Shown here piece by piece: positions 44,985-55,248 of a stretch of 64,000 bases of DNA (its first letter is position 1; each line of letters starts with the position of its first letter). The stretch lies in the IMG/VR virus record IMGVR_UViG_3300032291_001597, positions 68,625-132,624 of that record, one strand, 5' to 3'. Made by a program: the position numbers and the translations under genes. This DNA comes from a virus. Below the pieces are notes generated by a model. The model saw nothing but the letters and a program-made list of their open reading frames with translations. It did not search any database and had not been told where the DNA came from.

Positions 44985-45518
44985 ATGCCTGCTGGTGGTT
45001 TAATTCCAGATAGCCCGTGGATTTATGGGGCACAAAGAATCCTTAGAGGTAGTCGTAAGGCTGCTAAAAAGGGCGTTTTTGCTGGCGGTGGCAAGTTTAG
45101 TTACACCGTTGCAAGGGTCATTATCTACGACGCTAAATTAAACTCTTTCCTTAACACTCGCTCTGGACCGCTTTGGTGGTATCTAGAAAAGCGCCTCGAG
45201 AAGGCTATGAAAGGCGCAAGAGTTGCCGCTAAGGGTAGAAAAGGTTATGGAACTGGAGCACTTAGTAACTCTCTTAGTAGTTATCACTTAGGAAACGCTA
45301 AAGGCCAGTTTCTAGGGATTAAAGCAGAAAAACCTTACGCTGCTGCCGTTCACGAGGGCGCTCTACCACACGTAATAAGACCTAAAGACCCTAACGGAAA
45401 ACTAGTGTTTTTTAGGAAGGGAAGATTGATTGTTACTAGGCAGGTAAATCACCCCGGAATACAGCAAAGAAGCACCACTAAGTACCTCTCCAGTCAACTC
45501 AGGCACTTCCTGGACTAG
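44985..45518 (+). CDS. HK97 gp10-like neck/tail completion protein
   Basis: TGAL..S, YAAAVHEG..PHVIRPK..L.F..VNHPG pattern. Confidence 0.7.
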   Translation: MPAGGLIPDSPWIYGAQRILRGSRKAAKKGVFAGGGKFSYTVARVIIYDAKLNSFLNTRSGPLWWYLEKRLEKAMKGARVAAKGRKGYGTGALSNSLSSYHLGNAKGQFLGIKAEKPYAAAVHEGALPHVIRPKDPNGKLVFFRKGRLIVTRQVNHPGIQQRSTTKYLSSQLRHFLD

Positions 45519-45587
45519 TAAAATAATAAAGAGGAAATACTTATTTTCTACATAAGACAACGCATATAGCGAGAAAGAGAAACAAAA

Positions 45588-45929
45588 ATGACTGATAACA
45601 AATTCAAAGATTTTGGTGTTGGACCAGACACATCCTCACTACCAAAAATTTCTTTCAAAATTCACGGTGAAGATTTTTCTGCCGTTCCAGCGGTTCAGGG
45701 AAAACTTCTCATTGACCTAGTTAGAGACGCGAACTCGGACGACCCTGTAAAGCAGAGCGCAAGCATCGAGATGTTCTTTAATTCGGTTTTGGAAGACGAA
45801 AGCCTAGTTAGATTCAATGCTCTTCTTACCGACAAGCACAGAATTGTTACTACCGAGACTTTGGGAGAAGTTGTTGGATGGCTAGTGGAGCAGTATGGTG
45901 ACCGCCCGGAAGCGCAGCCAGGGGCTTAG
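45588..45929 (+). CDS. Tail assembly chaperone (gpG-like)
   Basis: Size and position before the tape measure gene; a -1 frame ORF overlaps its end. Confidence 0.8.
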   Translation: MTDNKFKDFGVGPDTSSLPKISFKIHGEDFSAVPAVQGKLLIDLVRDANSDDPVKQSASIEMFFNSVLEDESLVRFNALLTDKHRIVTTETLGEVVGWLVEQYGDRPEAQPGA

Positions 45930-46336
45930 CGATTTGGGCGCTTGACCTCTGGCCTTATGTGAATGGTAAAGCGTTGATGAATGGATTACGACTAAATCAG
46001 ATGGAAATGTCTGAGATGTTAGATGTAATCCATTACATCTTCGAAGAAGATATGACGTTCAGCACTGGAGAGCAGGCTGACGCCCAAACTGATATTAGAA
46101 AATCTTTGTATAAAGAGTTGTATCACAAAGACTACAAATACAACAGAAGTTCTGGAAAAAAGAATAGAGCAAGCGGATTTGACGACATCGATGGATTGAT
46201 GGAGGAAGAACAGCCTGTAGTTCCTGTTGACCCCGTTAAGGAGTCTCAGAAAGTGAAGGCTTACACCCCTCCAACAAACTTGAACGCTGACAGTCCATTA
46301 CCGTTTGGAAATGTGCTAGACGCGCCTATCGGCTAG
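45902..46336 (+). CDS. Tail assembly chaperone second frame (gpT-like), probably reached by -1 frameshift
   Basis: -1 frame open from 45902 (PPGSAARGLAIWALDLWPYVNGKAL...); no SD before the GTG at 45959. Confidence 0.65.
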   Translation, partial: PPGSAARGLAIWALDLWPYVNGKALMNGLRLNQMEMSEMLDVIHYIFEEDMTFSTGEQADAQTDIRKSLYKELYHKDYKYNRSSGKKNRASGFDDIDGLMEEEQPVVPVDPVKESQKVKAYTPPTNLNADSPLPFGNVLDAPIG

Positions 46337-46368
46337 CACTATTTGTATTTGCGAAGGAGGTGAGATAG

Positions 46369-49300
46369 TTGGCAGTAGTCGGTGAAGCGCACATTATTGT
46401 TCGCGCCATAACTGATGGCGTGAAGGATGACATAAAGCGCGGCTTCAGTGGTGGAGGCACTTCTGGTAGACGTGCTGGTGAGAGCATCGGTCAAGCCTTC
46501 AAACGCGGATTTAACGACGGTGCTTATAAAGATAAAAGCATGTTCGGTAAATTAGCGGCTGGTCTTCGCACTGCTTTTCCTCAAGCGCAAGCAACTGCCA
46601 AAGCATTTACTCGACTGACTAGGGTCAGTTTCGCACTAGGACCAATTCTAAGCATTTTGGGACAATCCATATATAGTGTTGTTGGTGGATTAGTTGCTTT
46701 AGGTGGTTCCGTTCTCGCCGCCGTGCCGTCTTTGATGACCCTAGTAAGCGCATTTGTTGCGATAAAAGTTGCAAGCGCTATTGCTAAATTTGCTTTAGGT
46801 GGAATTGGCAAGGCTGTATCTCAGGCGGCGGCGGCTTCATCAAAAGCAGCAGAACGCGAGAAAGCAATTAATGATGCTAAAAAGCGCCTCACCAGAGTCA
46901 TTGAAGGCAACATCGAGCGTTTGGCTCAGGCCACTAAGCGTCTAACAAAGGCAGAATTAGATTTAGCCAAGGCAACTAGACAAGCATATGAAGAATTCCA
47001 GCAACTCGGCTTTGATGCCGAAGACGCAGCGATTGCTGAAAAGCGTGCCGCTATGGAACTCGAAGATGCTAGGGCCGCTCTAGCCAGAGTACAGGACCTA
47101 CCGCCTAACTCACGTGCTCGAAAAGAAGCAGAACTCGCTTTTGCTGAGGCTGAATTAAACTTACGTAAAGCCAAGGACAGAGTCAGCGACTTGTCAGAGG
47201 AGCAAGACAAGTACGCTCAAAATGGAATTATGGCTAATGAGGGCCTACAGTCTGCTACTGAAGCGTATGCGGAGGCTCAGGATGGCGTTGCCGATGCAGT
47301 AATTCAGAATCAGAGAGATTTAGTAGAAGCGGAAGAAGGCGTAGCCGAGGCTAAAAAAGACTCCGCTGGGGTCGACCCATATGCTGGTTTGACTGCATCT
47401 CAAAAATCGTTTGCTAAGTACTTATTCGGTATTAGAGGCAAACTAGACGAACTGAAAGAAGCCGCGGCCAAGGGATTCTTGCCAGTTCTCCAAGAACAAA
47501 TGGACCGTCTTATGAAGAACGGTTTTTATGATGTTCTAAAGCAAGGCTTCGCTGATGCTGGCGTTGCGTTAGGTGGCTTCGTTACCAAACTGGCTGACGC
47601 TTTTTCTGAGCCAAAATCTCAGCAGGACCTAGCCGCGTTTTTTGCTTCCCTAAAAACTATTCTTCCAATTGTTGGAGAAATCCTAGGCAACGTTTTCAAG
47701 AGTTTCTTGTCTCTCCTCAAGGCTTCTGGACCAGCCACTGAGCGCTTTCTAAACTTCATCAATAAAAACACTGGTGCGTTCGCTGACTTCTTGGGCGCGT
47801 CTGAGGCAGATGGTACTCTGCAAACATTCTTTGACAAATCAGAATTAATGGCTGAAAAGATTCTTGGAGTCTTTGGCAATGTCTTCAAGGGCATCGGTGG
47901 AATCATTATGACCAACTTGGACATAGATTCGCCGGGTGGAAGAATTATTAGTTATCTAGATGAGATAACTGGCAAGTTTGCCACCTTCGCTGAGCAACCA
48001 GGCTTCACCGAAAGCATGGACGCTATGGCTACCAACTTCATAGCCATAAGCGACTTTGTTTTAGGTTTGATTGACTCCCTAGGTGGACTAGCCGTAGACA
48101 CTAACGTCGCCGAGTTCTTCAATACTCTTACTTCAGAGGGTCTACCTATTTTTGAGTCCATCGTCACGGAACTTGGTGCCGTAGGTCCGTCGCTGGCTGA
48201 CTTTATCGTAAATATGCTTGAGTTGATTGCTATATTTACGGACTCCGAGGCTCCTAGCACATTCTTTGACACTCTGAATGGCGCTCTAGAATTTCTAAAC
48301 CCGATTCTAAAAAATGACACGGTTAAGGGTTTTATTGATGGCGCATCTCAGGTGTTTGCGTTTACAACTGCCATCTCCCTAATAGGTCAAGTTGGTGGAA
48401 AAGCCTTTGACGTAGTTATCGGAAACCTTGCCAATGTTTTTGAGAAGTTTGAAACGGTCAAGAACGTTGCTGGAAAGGTCGGAGAGGGCTTTAAGAAGGT
48501 TGGTGACGTTTGGAAGAGCGGCCCTTGGGGCAAGGTAGCGATTATTCTTGGTGTAATTATTGCCGCCTTTACTGCTCTTTACGCAACAAACGAAGAATTT
48601 AGAACAGCAGTAGATGCCGCTTGGAAGACAATCCAAGATGCTTTCGGCGAGGCAATGAAAACAATTGGTCCAGTATTAGCAACTATCGGAACTGCTTTCG
48701 GAGACCTAATCAAGAGTTTGATGGGCGGTGGAGAAGGTGGTGGAGAAAGTTTCTTGACTGGCATCGTCACTTTCCTTGCCGAGGGAATTCAGAAACTTGC
48801 AGAGTTTATCGCTCCGCTTCTTCCTATGCTTGCCGATTTTGTTGCTGACGGACTAACTGCTCTATTTGACATCCTAAAAGACCTCGCTCCAGTCTTTATG
48901 GACATGATTAATAACCTTCTACCAATCTTCAAGGACTTGTTCGCTACTCTTGCTCCTATCTTTGCTGACCTAATGAGGACTCTTGCCCCGTTGGTTGTAC
49001 AAATTATCAAGTCTTTGATGCCAGCGTTCAAGGGAATAATGGATGCCATTATGCCTTTGATTCCTATTCTTATTCAGTCGCTAGTCCCAATTATCAAAGT
49101 TTTGGCAGACGTATTCAAGGCTGTGGTTCCTTTTATTGTTGACATAGTTAAGCAGTTGGCTAAGTTCCTAGCGCCGATTCTGGTCACAGTTGGCGAGTTT
49201 ATTGGTGAGATTGCTAAGCAACTCCCAGGTATGTTCAAACTCTTTATGGAAGGATTCAAGAAGGTAATTGACTTCATCAAGCCAATTATCAATGGAATCC

Positions 49301-49737
49301 TCGGAGGTATTGAGGGATTCGTAAACGGAATTATTGACGGTCTAAACTTCCTAATCAAGGGAGTAAACAAGATTAAGTTCAAGGTCCCAGACTGGGTGCC
49401 TTTCATTGGTGGAAATGAAATCAAGTTCACCATCCCAGAGGTTGGCAAAATCAAACTTCCTAGACTTGCTCAGGGTGGAACTGTAATGCCAAGCCCAGGC
49501 GGAACCATTGCTCAGATTGCCGAGGCTGGACGTCCAGAGCGTGTAGAGCCACTAGACCCTAGCGGGCTATCTAAGCGTGACCGCGCAATGATTGAACTAT
49601 TGGCTGGTCGCAATGTGGGGGGCGGTCAGGGTGTAACTGTAAACGTCTATCCAAGTGCTGGAATGGATGAAAGAGACTTGGCAGAAAAGGTCTCTAGACA
49701 ACTACAACTTATGATGCGTAAAGGTGCTACAACATAA
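46369..49737 (+). CDS. Tape measure protein
   Basis: 1122 aa, Ala/Gly-rich helical; coiled-coil then amphipathic repeats; C-terminal LAQGG..AEAGRPE motif; SD AGGAGG. Confidence 0.93.
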   Translation: MAVVGEAHIIVRAITDGVKDDIKRGFSGGGTSGRRAGESIGQAFKRGFNDGAYKDKSMFGKLAAGLRTAFPQAQATAKAFTRLTRVSFALGPILSILGQSIYSVVGGLVALGGSVLAAVPSLMTLVSAFVAIKVASAIAKFALGGIGKAVSQAAAASSKAAEREKAINDAKKRLTRVIEGNIERLAQATKRLTKAELDLAKATRQAYEEFQQLGFDAEDAAIAEKRAAMELEDARAALARVQDLPPNSRARKEAELAFAEAELNLRKAKDRVSDLSEEQDKYAQNGIMANEGLQSATEAYAEAQDGVADAVIQNQRDLVEAEEGVAEAKKDSAGVDPYAGLTASQKSFAKYLFGIRGKLDELKEAAAKGFLPVLQEQMDRLMKNGFYDVLKQGFADAGVALGGFVTKLADAFSEPKSQQDLAAFFASLKTILPIVGEILGNVFKSFLSLLKASGPATERFLNFINKNTGAFADFLGASEADGTLQTFFDKSELMAEKILGVFGNVFKGIGGIIMTNLDIDSPGGRIISYLDEITGKFATFAEQPGFTESMDAMATNFIAISDFVLGLIDSLGGLAVDTNVAEFFNTLTSEGLPIFESIVTELGAVGPSLADFIVNMLELIAIFTDSEAPSTFFDTLNGALEFLNPILKNDTVKGFIDGASQVFAFTTAISLIGQVGGKAFDVVIGNLANVFEKFETVKNVAGKVGEGFKKVGDVWKSGPWGKVAIILGVIIAAFTALYATNEEFRTAVDAAWKTIQDAFGEAMKTIGPVLATIGTAFGDLIKSLMGGGEGGGESFLTGIVTFLAEGIQKLAEFIAPLLPMLADFVADGLTALFDILKDLAPVFMDMINNLLPIFKDLFATLAPIFADLMRTLAPLVVQIIKSLMPAFKGIMDAIMPLIPILIQSLVPIIKVLADVFKAVVPFIVDIVKQLAKFLAPILVTVGEFIGEIAKQLPGMFKLFMEGFKKVIDFIKPIINGILGGIEGFVNGIIDGLNFLIKGVNKIKFKVPDWVPFIGGNEIKFTIPEVGKIKLPRLAQGGTVMPSPGGTIAQIAEAGRPERVEPLDPSGLSKRDRAMIELLAGRNVGGGQGVTVNVYPSAGMDERDLAEKVSRQLQLMMRKGATT

Positions 49738-51614
49738 TGACTCGTATAAATCTCGTACCTAATCCGTCATTCAAGAACGGGGACACTACCAGGTGGGCTG
49801 TAGTAGGTGGCTCGACCATTGCTGCTAGCACGGCTGAATACTTTATCGGCTCGCACTCGCTATTCGTTACTACCGCTTCTTCTGCCAACACAGGTGCGGC
49901 AACTTCTACTACCCAAGTGCCAGTATCACCGTCTCGTCAATATATGGTGTCCGCTCACGTCAAACTGCCTGCCGATGCTGACCCTGCCAACCTGAAACTG
50001 CTAATTGCTTGGTACACAGACGTCAGCGGTGTGACTCAGGTTGGCTCTACTTCTTATTCTGAAATATTTACTGTTTATGCTGTAGATGGCTGGCTTAGGC
50101 TTTCTTATTTAGCAACTGCCCCCTCTGGTGCTAACGGTCTAAAAGTTGGCGTTGTAAACCAAGACGCTATATCAGTTGAGTTTTATCTAGACGCCGTTAT
50201 GGTAGAACAAGACATATATCTAAACGGTTACACAGATGACTTAACTCAAGAGCAAGAAAACAAGTTTGTAAACGACGCCCTAAGACCAACGCCAAATCCA
50301 TACATCACTGGTATGCAACTCAATGCGGACGTCATACTAAACGGTCTGGTATTGAACACGGTGGATGAAGACAATGTGCTTTGGGTGTGTACTGGAATCG
50401 ACGGTTGGTGGACTATGCCAGACGTTGAAATGCAGGACATTCCTCGAGGACTGGGCGACGGTTCATACGATGTCAACGGCAGATACGCTCACAGAAACAT
50501 CACTCTAACTGGTTCGATTATCCCTCCAAGCCCGTCATACGTCTCTGCTGCTAGAGACAAACTAGTGCGTACTTTAGATTTGGTAAGAAAGAGTGGCTGG
50601 TTGCTTACCGACGAAAAACCAGTTCGTGGCTCAAAAGTCAGACTTAATGGTGCTCCGTCTATTGAAGTAGTAAACCCTAGAGGTCGTATCGACTTCAACA
50701 TATCTCTCAAGGCAGTAGACCCAGTGAAGTATGAGTGGGTTGTTGGAGACCCTGAGGGCTACCAAGTAAACACTGTAAACGTTGGTAGTAACGTGATTCT
50801 AACTAATAACGGAAACACTAACGTCAGTATGTACTTGACCGTGAATGGATTTATAAATGGTGGAACTGTTATTAGAAATAACACCACTAATCAAGAAATT
50901 GAAATTATCAATGACATTAATGGTGAATACTCTTACGTCGGAGACATCACTCAGGTCTCACGAACTGGAAACGTAGCCACTATTATTGCTGACAGCACGT
51001 ATCCGTTTGTTGCTGGAGACTTAATACAGGTGCTTCACGTAAACACCGCTGGGTTCAACACAAACACGGTAGCAACTATTATTTCTGTGGCAGACGTAGA
51101 TGCTGACACTATATCTATAAGTTACGCAAACTCTGGCACCAACGTTGCCAACACCGTTCCATCGCCTACTGGCGTGTTGGCTCTAGGCCAGAATGAGTTT
51201 ATAGAAGTAGATACTTATGAACGTTCAGTAGCGTTTATTGGTCTTAGCGGTTACCGCTCTAAGTTGGCTACGCTGGTTGATTGGATAGTTCTACAGCCGG
51301 GCGAGAACGAAATTCAGTTGGTAGAGAGTACTTCTCCTACCTCGGCGGTTGTGACTAATAAGGCTCTGACCAATAACGTTGCTACTCTGACTTTTAGTGC
51401 TTATCCCGATTTTCCAGTAGGTGCTTCTATAGTCGTGTCTGACGTGGATGCCACGTTCAATGGGACTTATACTGTTGCTAGCGCCCCGACCAAGACAACT
51501 ATTACTTATGCAAAAACTGCTAGCAACGTTGCTTCTTCTGTCTCTACTGGAAGTGTGTATAGGGTCGGGGACGGTAATTTAGAGATTTTGTTTAAGTCGG
51601 GTTGGCTCGCGTAA
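49737..51614 (+). CDS. Distal tail (Dit-like) protein with an N-terminal carbohydrate-binding-like module
   Basis: Directly after the tape measure gene; NLVPNPSF..W (CBM_4_9-like); GIDGWW..P..RG..DG..R.ITL.G Dit core. Confidence 0.8.
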   Translation: MTRINLVPNPSFKNGDTTRWAVVGGSTIAASTAEYFIGSHSLFVTTASSANTGAATSTTQVPVSPSRQYMVSAHVKLPADADPANLKLLIAWYTDVSGVTQVGSTSYSEIFTVYAVDGWLRLSYLATAPSGANGLKVGVVNQDAISVEFYLDAVMVEQDIYLNGYTDDLTQEQENKFVNDALRPTPNPYITGMQLNADVILNGLVLNTVDEDNVLWVCTGIDGWWTMPDVEMQDIPRGLGDGSYDVNGRYAHRNITLTGSIIPPSPSYVSAARDKLVRTLDLVRKSGWLLTDEKPVRGSKVRLNGAPSIEVVNPRGRIDFNISLKAVDPVKYEWVVGDPEGYQVNTVNVGSNVILTNNGNTNVSMYLTVNGFINGGTVIRNNTTNQEIEIINDINGEYSYVGDITQVSRTGNVATIIADSTYPFVAGDLIQVLHVNTAGFNTNTVATIISVADVDADTISISYANSGTNVANTVPSPTGVLALGQNEFIEVDTYERSVAFIGLSGYRSKLATLVDWIVLQPGENEIQLVESTSPTSAVVTNKALTNNVATLTFSAYPDFPVGASIVVSDVDATFNGTYTVASAPTKTTITYAKTASNVASSVSTGSVYRVGDGNLEILFKSGWLA

Positions 51615-51657
51615 TTTATAATGGTTTATAGAGACAACAGACAGAAGGTCGTAGATT

Positions 51658-54600
51658 ATGGCAGATAACCTAATTCAGTATCGCTACTTCACTACTGACC
51701 TGCTTACCAACCAAGTTTTGGCAGAAATACCTTTTAAAAGTGTCTCGTACGAACGTGCTCTAAAGGCTGCTGGAGGTTTCTCTGGCAGTGTGCCAGTTAT
51801 TTCTGAGACTGACACTTACGATTTGTATGACTCTACTATGCCAGGTAACACTGGTCTTTATGTAGTTAGAGACGGAGTTTGCGTATGGGGAGGCATTATT
51901 TGGTCTCGCTCTTACAACGTAATTACCAGAACTCTTTCGGTCACTGCCAACGAATTTCCTAGTTATTTCCAGCACAGAAAAATTTGGAAAACTTGGGCGC
52001 ACGATTTTGAGGCATCACTAGCAGTGGCAAACAATATTTGCACTGGAACTTTGGCTTTAGGTTCTACTTACGAATTTGCCGTTGGCTCTAAAGTAAAAAT
52101 TGATTTTGTGGACGCTCAGGCCGTTAGCGGTTTTTACTATGAAATTACCTCTTTCAATAGCAACAACGACACTTATACGTTCACAACCAGTAGTACTTCA
52201 AAACCAAATGCTAGTGGAACTACTTACACTATACCTAACGGTGATTATCAGGTCGCTCAGGTAACGGTTCGAGTAGATACCTATGACTATTTTAGGAGCC
52301 TAGTTTCTGCGGTCTCTTCTGACTTTTCTGGCATCTCTTTTGCTAATGATGAAATAAATCCTGAACTTCGAATAGAAGACTACATAGTCTCTAAATCTAA
52401 AACTAATAACATCGTTACGCTTTCGGTGTCTGACACTCACGAACTAATTCCAGGTCAAGAAATTCTTGTAGAAAACGTTGGACCAGAGTTTGATGGAACC
52501 TACAACGTGATTGACGTCACGTCTAGCACTTTTACTTATAGCGCACCTGGCGCGAACGTCGCGGTGGCCGCGGTTGCTAACTCGACTGTAGTCATTAACA
52601 CCGCTTCTGCTATTCAGGCTAGCGCGACCCTTACCACAAACGTGGCACACAACTTCTATGACGGTCAAGTCCTGTCTATCAGTGGTGTAGACCAAACAGG
52701 GTCTCAGGTGTTTGACGTGGCTTCGGTGATTGACGTCACATCTAATACTGCCTTTAAGTACTCAGTAGGCACTCCTAGCGAATACCCGACCATCAACTTG
52801 GTTCCGGGCACGGCAACCGTTGGTGCTAGTACTAAATTTGTGGTGGTTAGGGATGTCTACGCAAATGCTGTGACGCTCACTACTGCTGATACTCACGGCT
52901 TTAGCGTAGGCAACACCGTCAACGTTACTAATATATTTGACACCGCTGAGATAACTTTTAGGGAAGTAAATAACGGAAAGATTACTTACACCACTTCGGG
53001 TGCTCACGGATTTACTGCAAACAATCAAGTTATTGTTTCTGGAATTCTAGACTTCTCGAATGTTATTTCTAAGTCTTTGACCGTAACTGGCGCTGGCGTC
53101 GGTAATCTAACGGTCTCTACTAGCGTCCCTCACGGGCTATCTGTGGGTAGCGCGTTGACAATTGCTGAAATGTATGACACCTATGCCGTAAGCAATTATT
53201 CATACAATAAGACTTCAGATACTCTTACTATAACTACAACAACTGACCACAACATGGCTCCAGATGCTCAGGCGGTCTTTACGCTAACTGGAATCCCCAT
53301 TCTTAGTTACCCTGTGGCAAACGTTGCTGTAACTAACGGAATAGTAAATCTTAGTATCTCTTCCGTTGGTCACAACATTAGAAATAATGACTCGATTACA
53401 GTCACTGGTTATCCGTCTACTTCTGGTGCTAAACAATTCAATGCCATTGTCAGGGAAGATTACGTAACTACTGTAAGTATGGCCCAACCGCATGGAATAC
53501 CTCAGAGCCTGTTTGATGCGAGACGCATAACCGCAACTATTGATGTTACTAATAACAGCGCGATACCTAACGAACCGCCGAGTTTTGACAGGTCTTCTTT
53601 TGAACGAGACAACGTAATTTGCTCATACCTGACCCCTACGGCTTTTACTTTTACTTCTTTCCAAGGAGCGCAGACTACCAACCCTTATCAAAATAGTTCT
53701 TCTGGACTAGGTACAGTTGTGTTTGGTGGCGCTGTTGGTGGTGGAATCAACGGAACCCACAAGGTGTCCAACGTCTCTGCAAACACGGTTACCTTTATTC
53801 CTACCGAGGCTGTGTCTGATGTTGCCGCTGTTGTCATTGCTGGAATGACGGTCCAGCAAGACGTCAACCCGCTAAATAAGTCTTACACTGGCATTGCCTC
53901 TGTCACTGCTAATACTGTTTCTGTAACGTTTGATGGCTTTGAAAATGACATAACCACAACCTCAGCGCCTAGTGCTAGCATAAACACCACAAGTATTTTT
54001 AATTCATCTGCTGCCACCGTTACCGCCGTCCCTAGTAGCACCAGCATCACTTATTCTAAGAGCGCCGAGGGCGTTCGAGCAAATGTTTCAGCGACCGCTT
54101 CTAATAGCGGTCAAGTCACGGTTCTAAGCCCCGTGATGAACGGTACGTTTACTATCAATGCCGTGCCTGCCACTAACGCATTTATTGTGAACACAAACAG
54201 CACGTCTGCCGTAGGTTACGGAAAAGCGTCTCCATCTAGCGTTGCTAAGTCTTTGGCTGATGTCACTGGTAACAACCTGACTATTACTGCTGTCAATGTC
54301 ACGGCAAAAACATTTACCTACTCTAAATCAGCAAATAATTTCATTAGAGCAAATGTTTCTGGATACGCTACCGCGGTCTCTACACCTAGAGTTATTTATG
54401 GAACTTACGGAGGATTCACATCTAACTCAGACGTAGGTAACTTCGGATTTAGCACCAGTGGCTACTCTGGCAACAACGTAAACGCTGCTGACTTTTTGTA
54501 TCGCGGATTTTCTCTCACCAACGTCGGCGAGGCTTTAGATAAGTACTCAGACGGTCTTACTGGATTTGACTATCGAATCGACTGCGGTATTGACCCAGAG

Positions 54601-55248
54601 ACTGGCGTTTTTACGAGAACTTTTGTGCTGATTCCTATCGACACAATTGCTGCTAATCCACCAGCCCCTGGTCAACCAGCATCGATACAAGCATTTGGCG
54701 CGGACGAATTTGTATTTGAATTTCCGGGCAACATTAGCGACATTCAACTAGAAGAGAGTGCTGAAAACTCGGCTACAAGATTCTTTATGGTTGGAAGTTT
54801 GGAAGGCGGAGGAAGCGACCCTAGCCAACCTTATGCCGTGGCTTCTGCTAAGGACCTGCTATATCCAACAAAGCGCGGTCAGAGAGCGTGGCCTCTTCTA
54901 GACGAAGATGCTAACGATAGCAATATCTACGATGAAACAACTCTTTATTCTTACGCTGAAAGATACCTAAAAGAAAACAGACCACCAGACGGCAGAATCA
55001 GCGTTTCTGTAAATGGCTCGGTTGAGCCGATAGTCGGAACTTACTATCCTGGCGACTGGTGTAGCCTAGTTATAAATGATTCTTTTTTCCAACTACGTCT
55101 ATCAAGCGACCTTGAGCCAAGAGACGACGTTTTAGTTAGAAAAATCGAGTCTTACTCTGTCTCTGTTCCAGACAGCATTACTTTCCCCGAGAAAGTTACT
55201 TTGAACCTATTAGCAGATTGGCAGGTGGACCGAATTGGCGAGTCGTAG
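51658..55248 (+). CDS. Tail hub/Tal-like minor tail protein with a large inserted beta-domain array
   Basis: N-terminal YERALKAAGGFSG..VVRDGVCVWGGIIW hub motif; C-terminal YYPGDWCSL; repeats of T-x-x-H-G/N-x-x-x-G between them. Confidence 0.85.
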   Translation: MADNLIQYRYFTTDLLTNQVLAEIPFKSVSYERALKAAGGFSGSVPVISETDTYDLYDSTMPGNTGLYVVRDGVCVWGGIIWSRSYNVITRTLSVTANEFPSYFQHRKIWKTWAHDFEASLAVANNICTGTLALGSTYEFAVGSKVKIDFVDAQAVSGFYYEITSFNSNNDTYTFTTSSTSKPNASGTTYTIPNGDYQVAQVTVRVDTYDYFRSLVSAVSSDFSGISFANDEINPELRIEDYIVSKSKTNNIVTLSVSDTHELIPGQEILVENVGPEFDGTYNVIDVTSSTFTYSAPGANVAVAAVANSTVVINTASAIQASATLTTNVAHNFYDGQVLSISGVDQTGSQVFDVASVIDVTSNTAFKYSVGTPSEYPTINLVPGTATVGASTKFVVVRDVYANAVTLTTADTHGFSVGNTVNVTNIFDTAEITFREVNNGKITYTTSGAHGFTANNQVIVSGILDFSNVISKSLTVTGAGVGNLTVSTSVPHGLSVGSALTIAEMYDTYAVSNYSYNKTSDTLTITTTTDHNMAPDAQAVFTLTGIPILSYPVANVAVTNGIVNLSISSVGHNIRNNDSITVTGYPSTSGAKQFNAIVREDYVTTVSMAQPHGIPQSLFDARRITATIDVTNNSAIPNEPPSFDRSSFERDNVICSYLTPTAFTFTSFQGAQTTNPYQNSSSGLGTVVFGGAVGGGINGTHKVSNVSANTVTFIPTEAVSDVAAVVIAGMTVQQDVNPLNKSYTGIASVTANTVSVTFDGFENDITTTSAPSASINTTSIFNSSAATVTAVPSSTSITYSKSAEGVRANVSATASNSGQVTVLSPVMNGTFTINAVPATNAFIVNTNSTSAVGYGKASPSSVAKSLADVTGNNLTITAVNVTAKTFTYSKSANNFIRANVSGYATAVSTPRVIYGTYGGFTSNSDVGNFGFSTSGYSGNNVNAADFLYRGFSLTNVGEALDKYSDGLTGFDYRIDCGIDPETGVFTRTFVLIPIDTIAANPPAPGQPASIQAFGADEFVFEFPGNISDIQLEESAENSATRFFMVGSLEGGGSDPSQPYAVASAKDLLYPTKRGQRAWPLLDEDANDSNIYDETTLYSYAERYLKENRPPDGRISVSVNGSVEPIVGTYYPGDWCSLVINDSFFQLRLSSDLEPRDDVLVRKIESYSVSVPDSITFPEKVTLNLLADWQVDRIGES

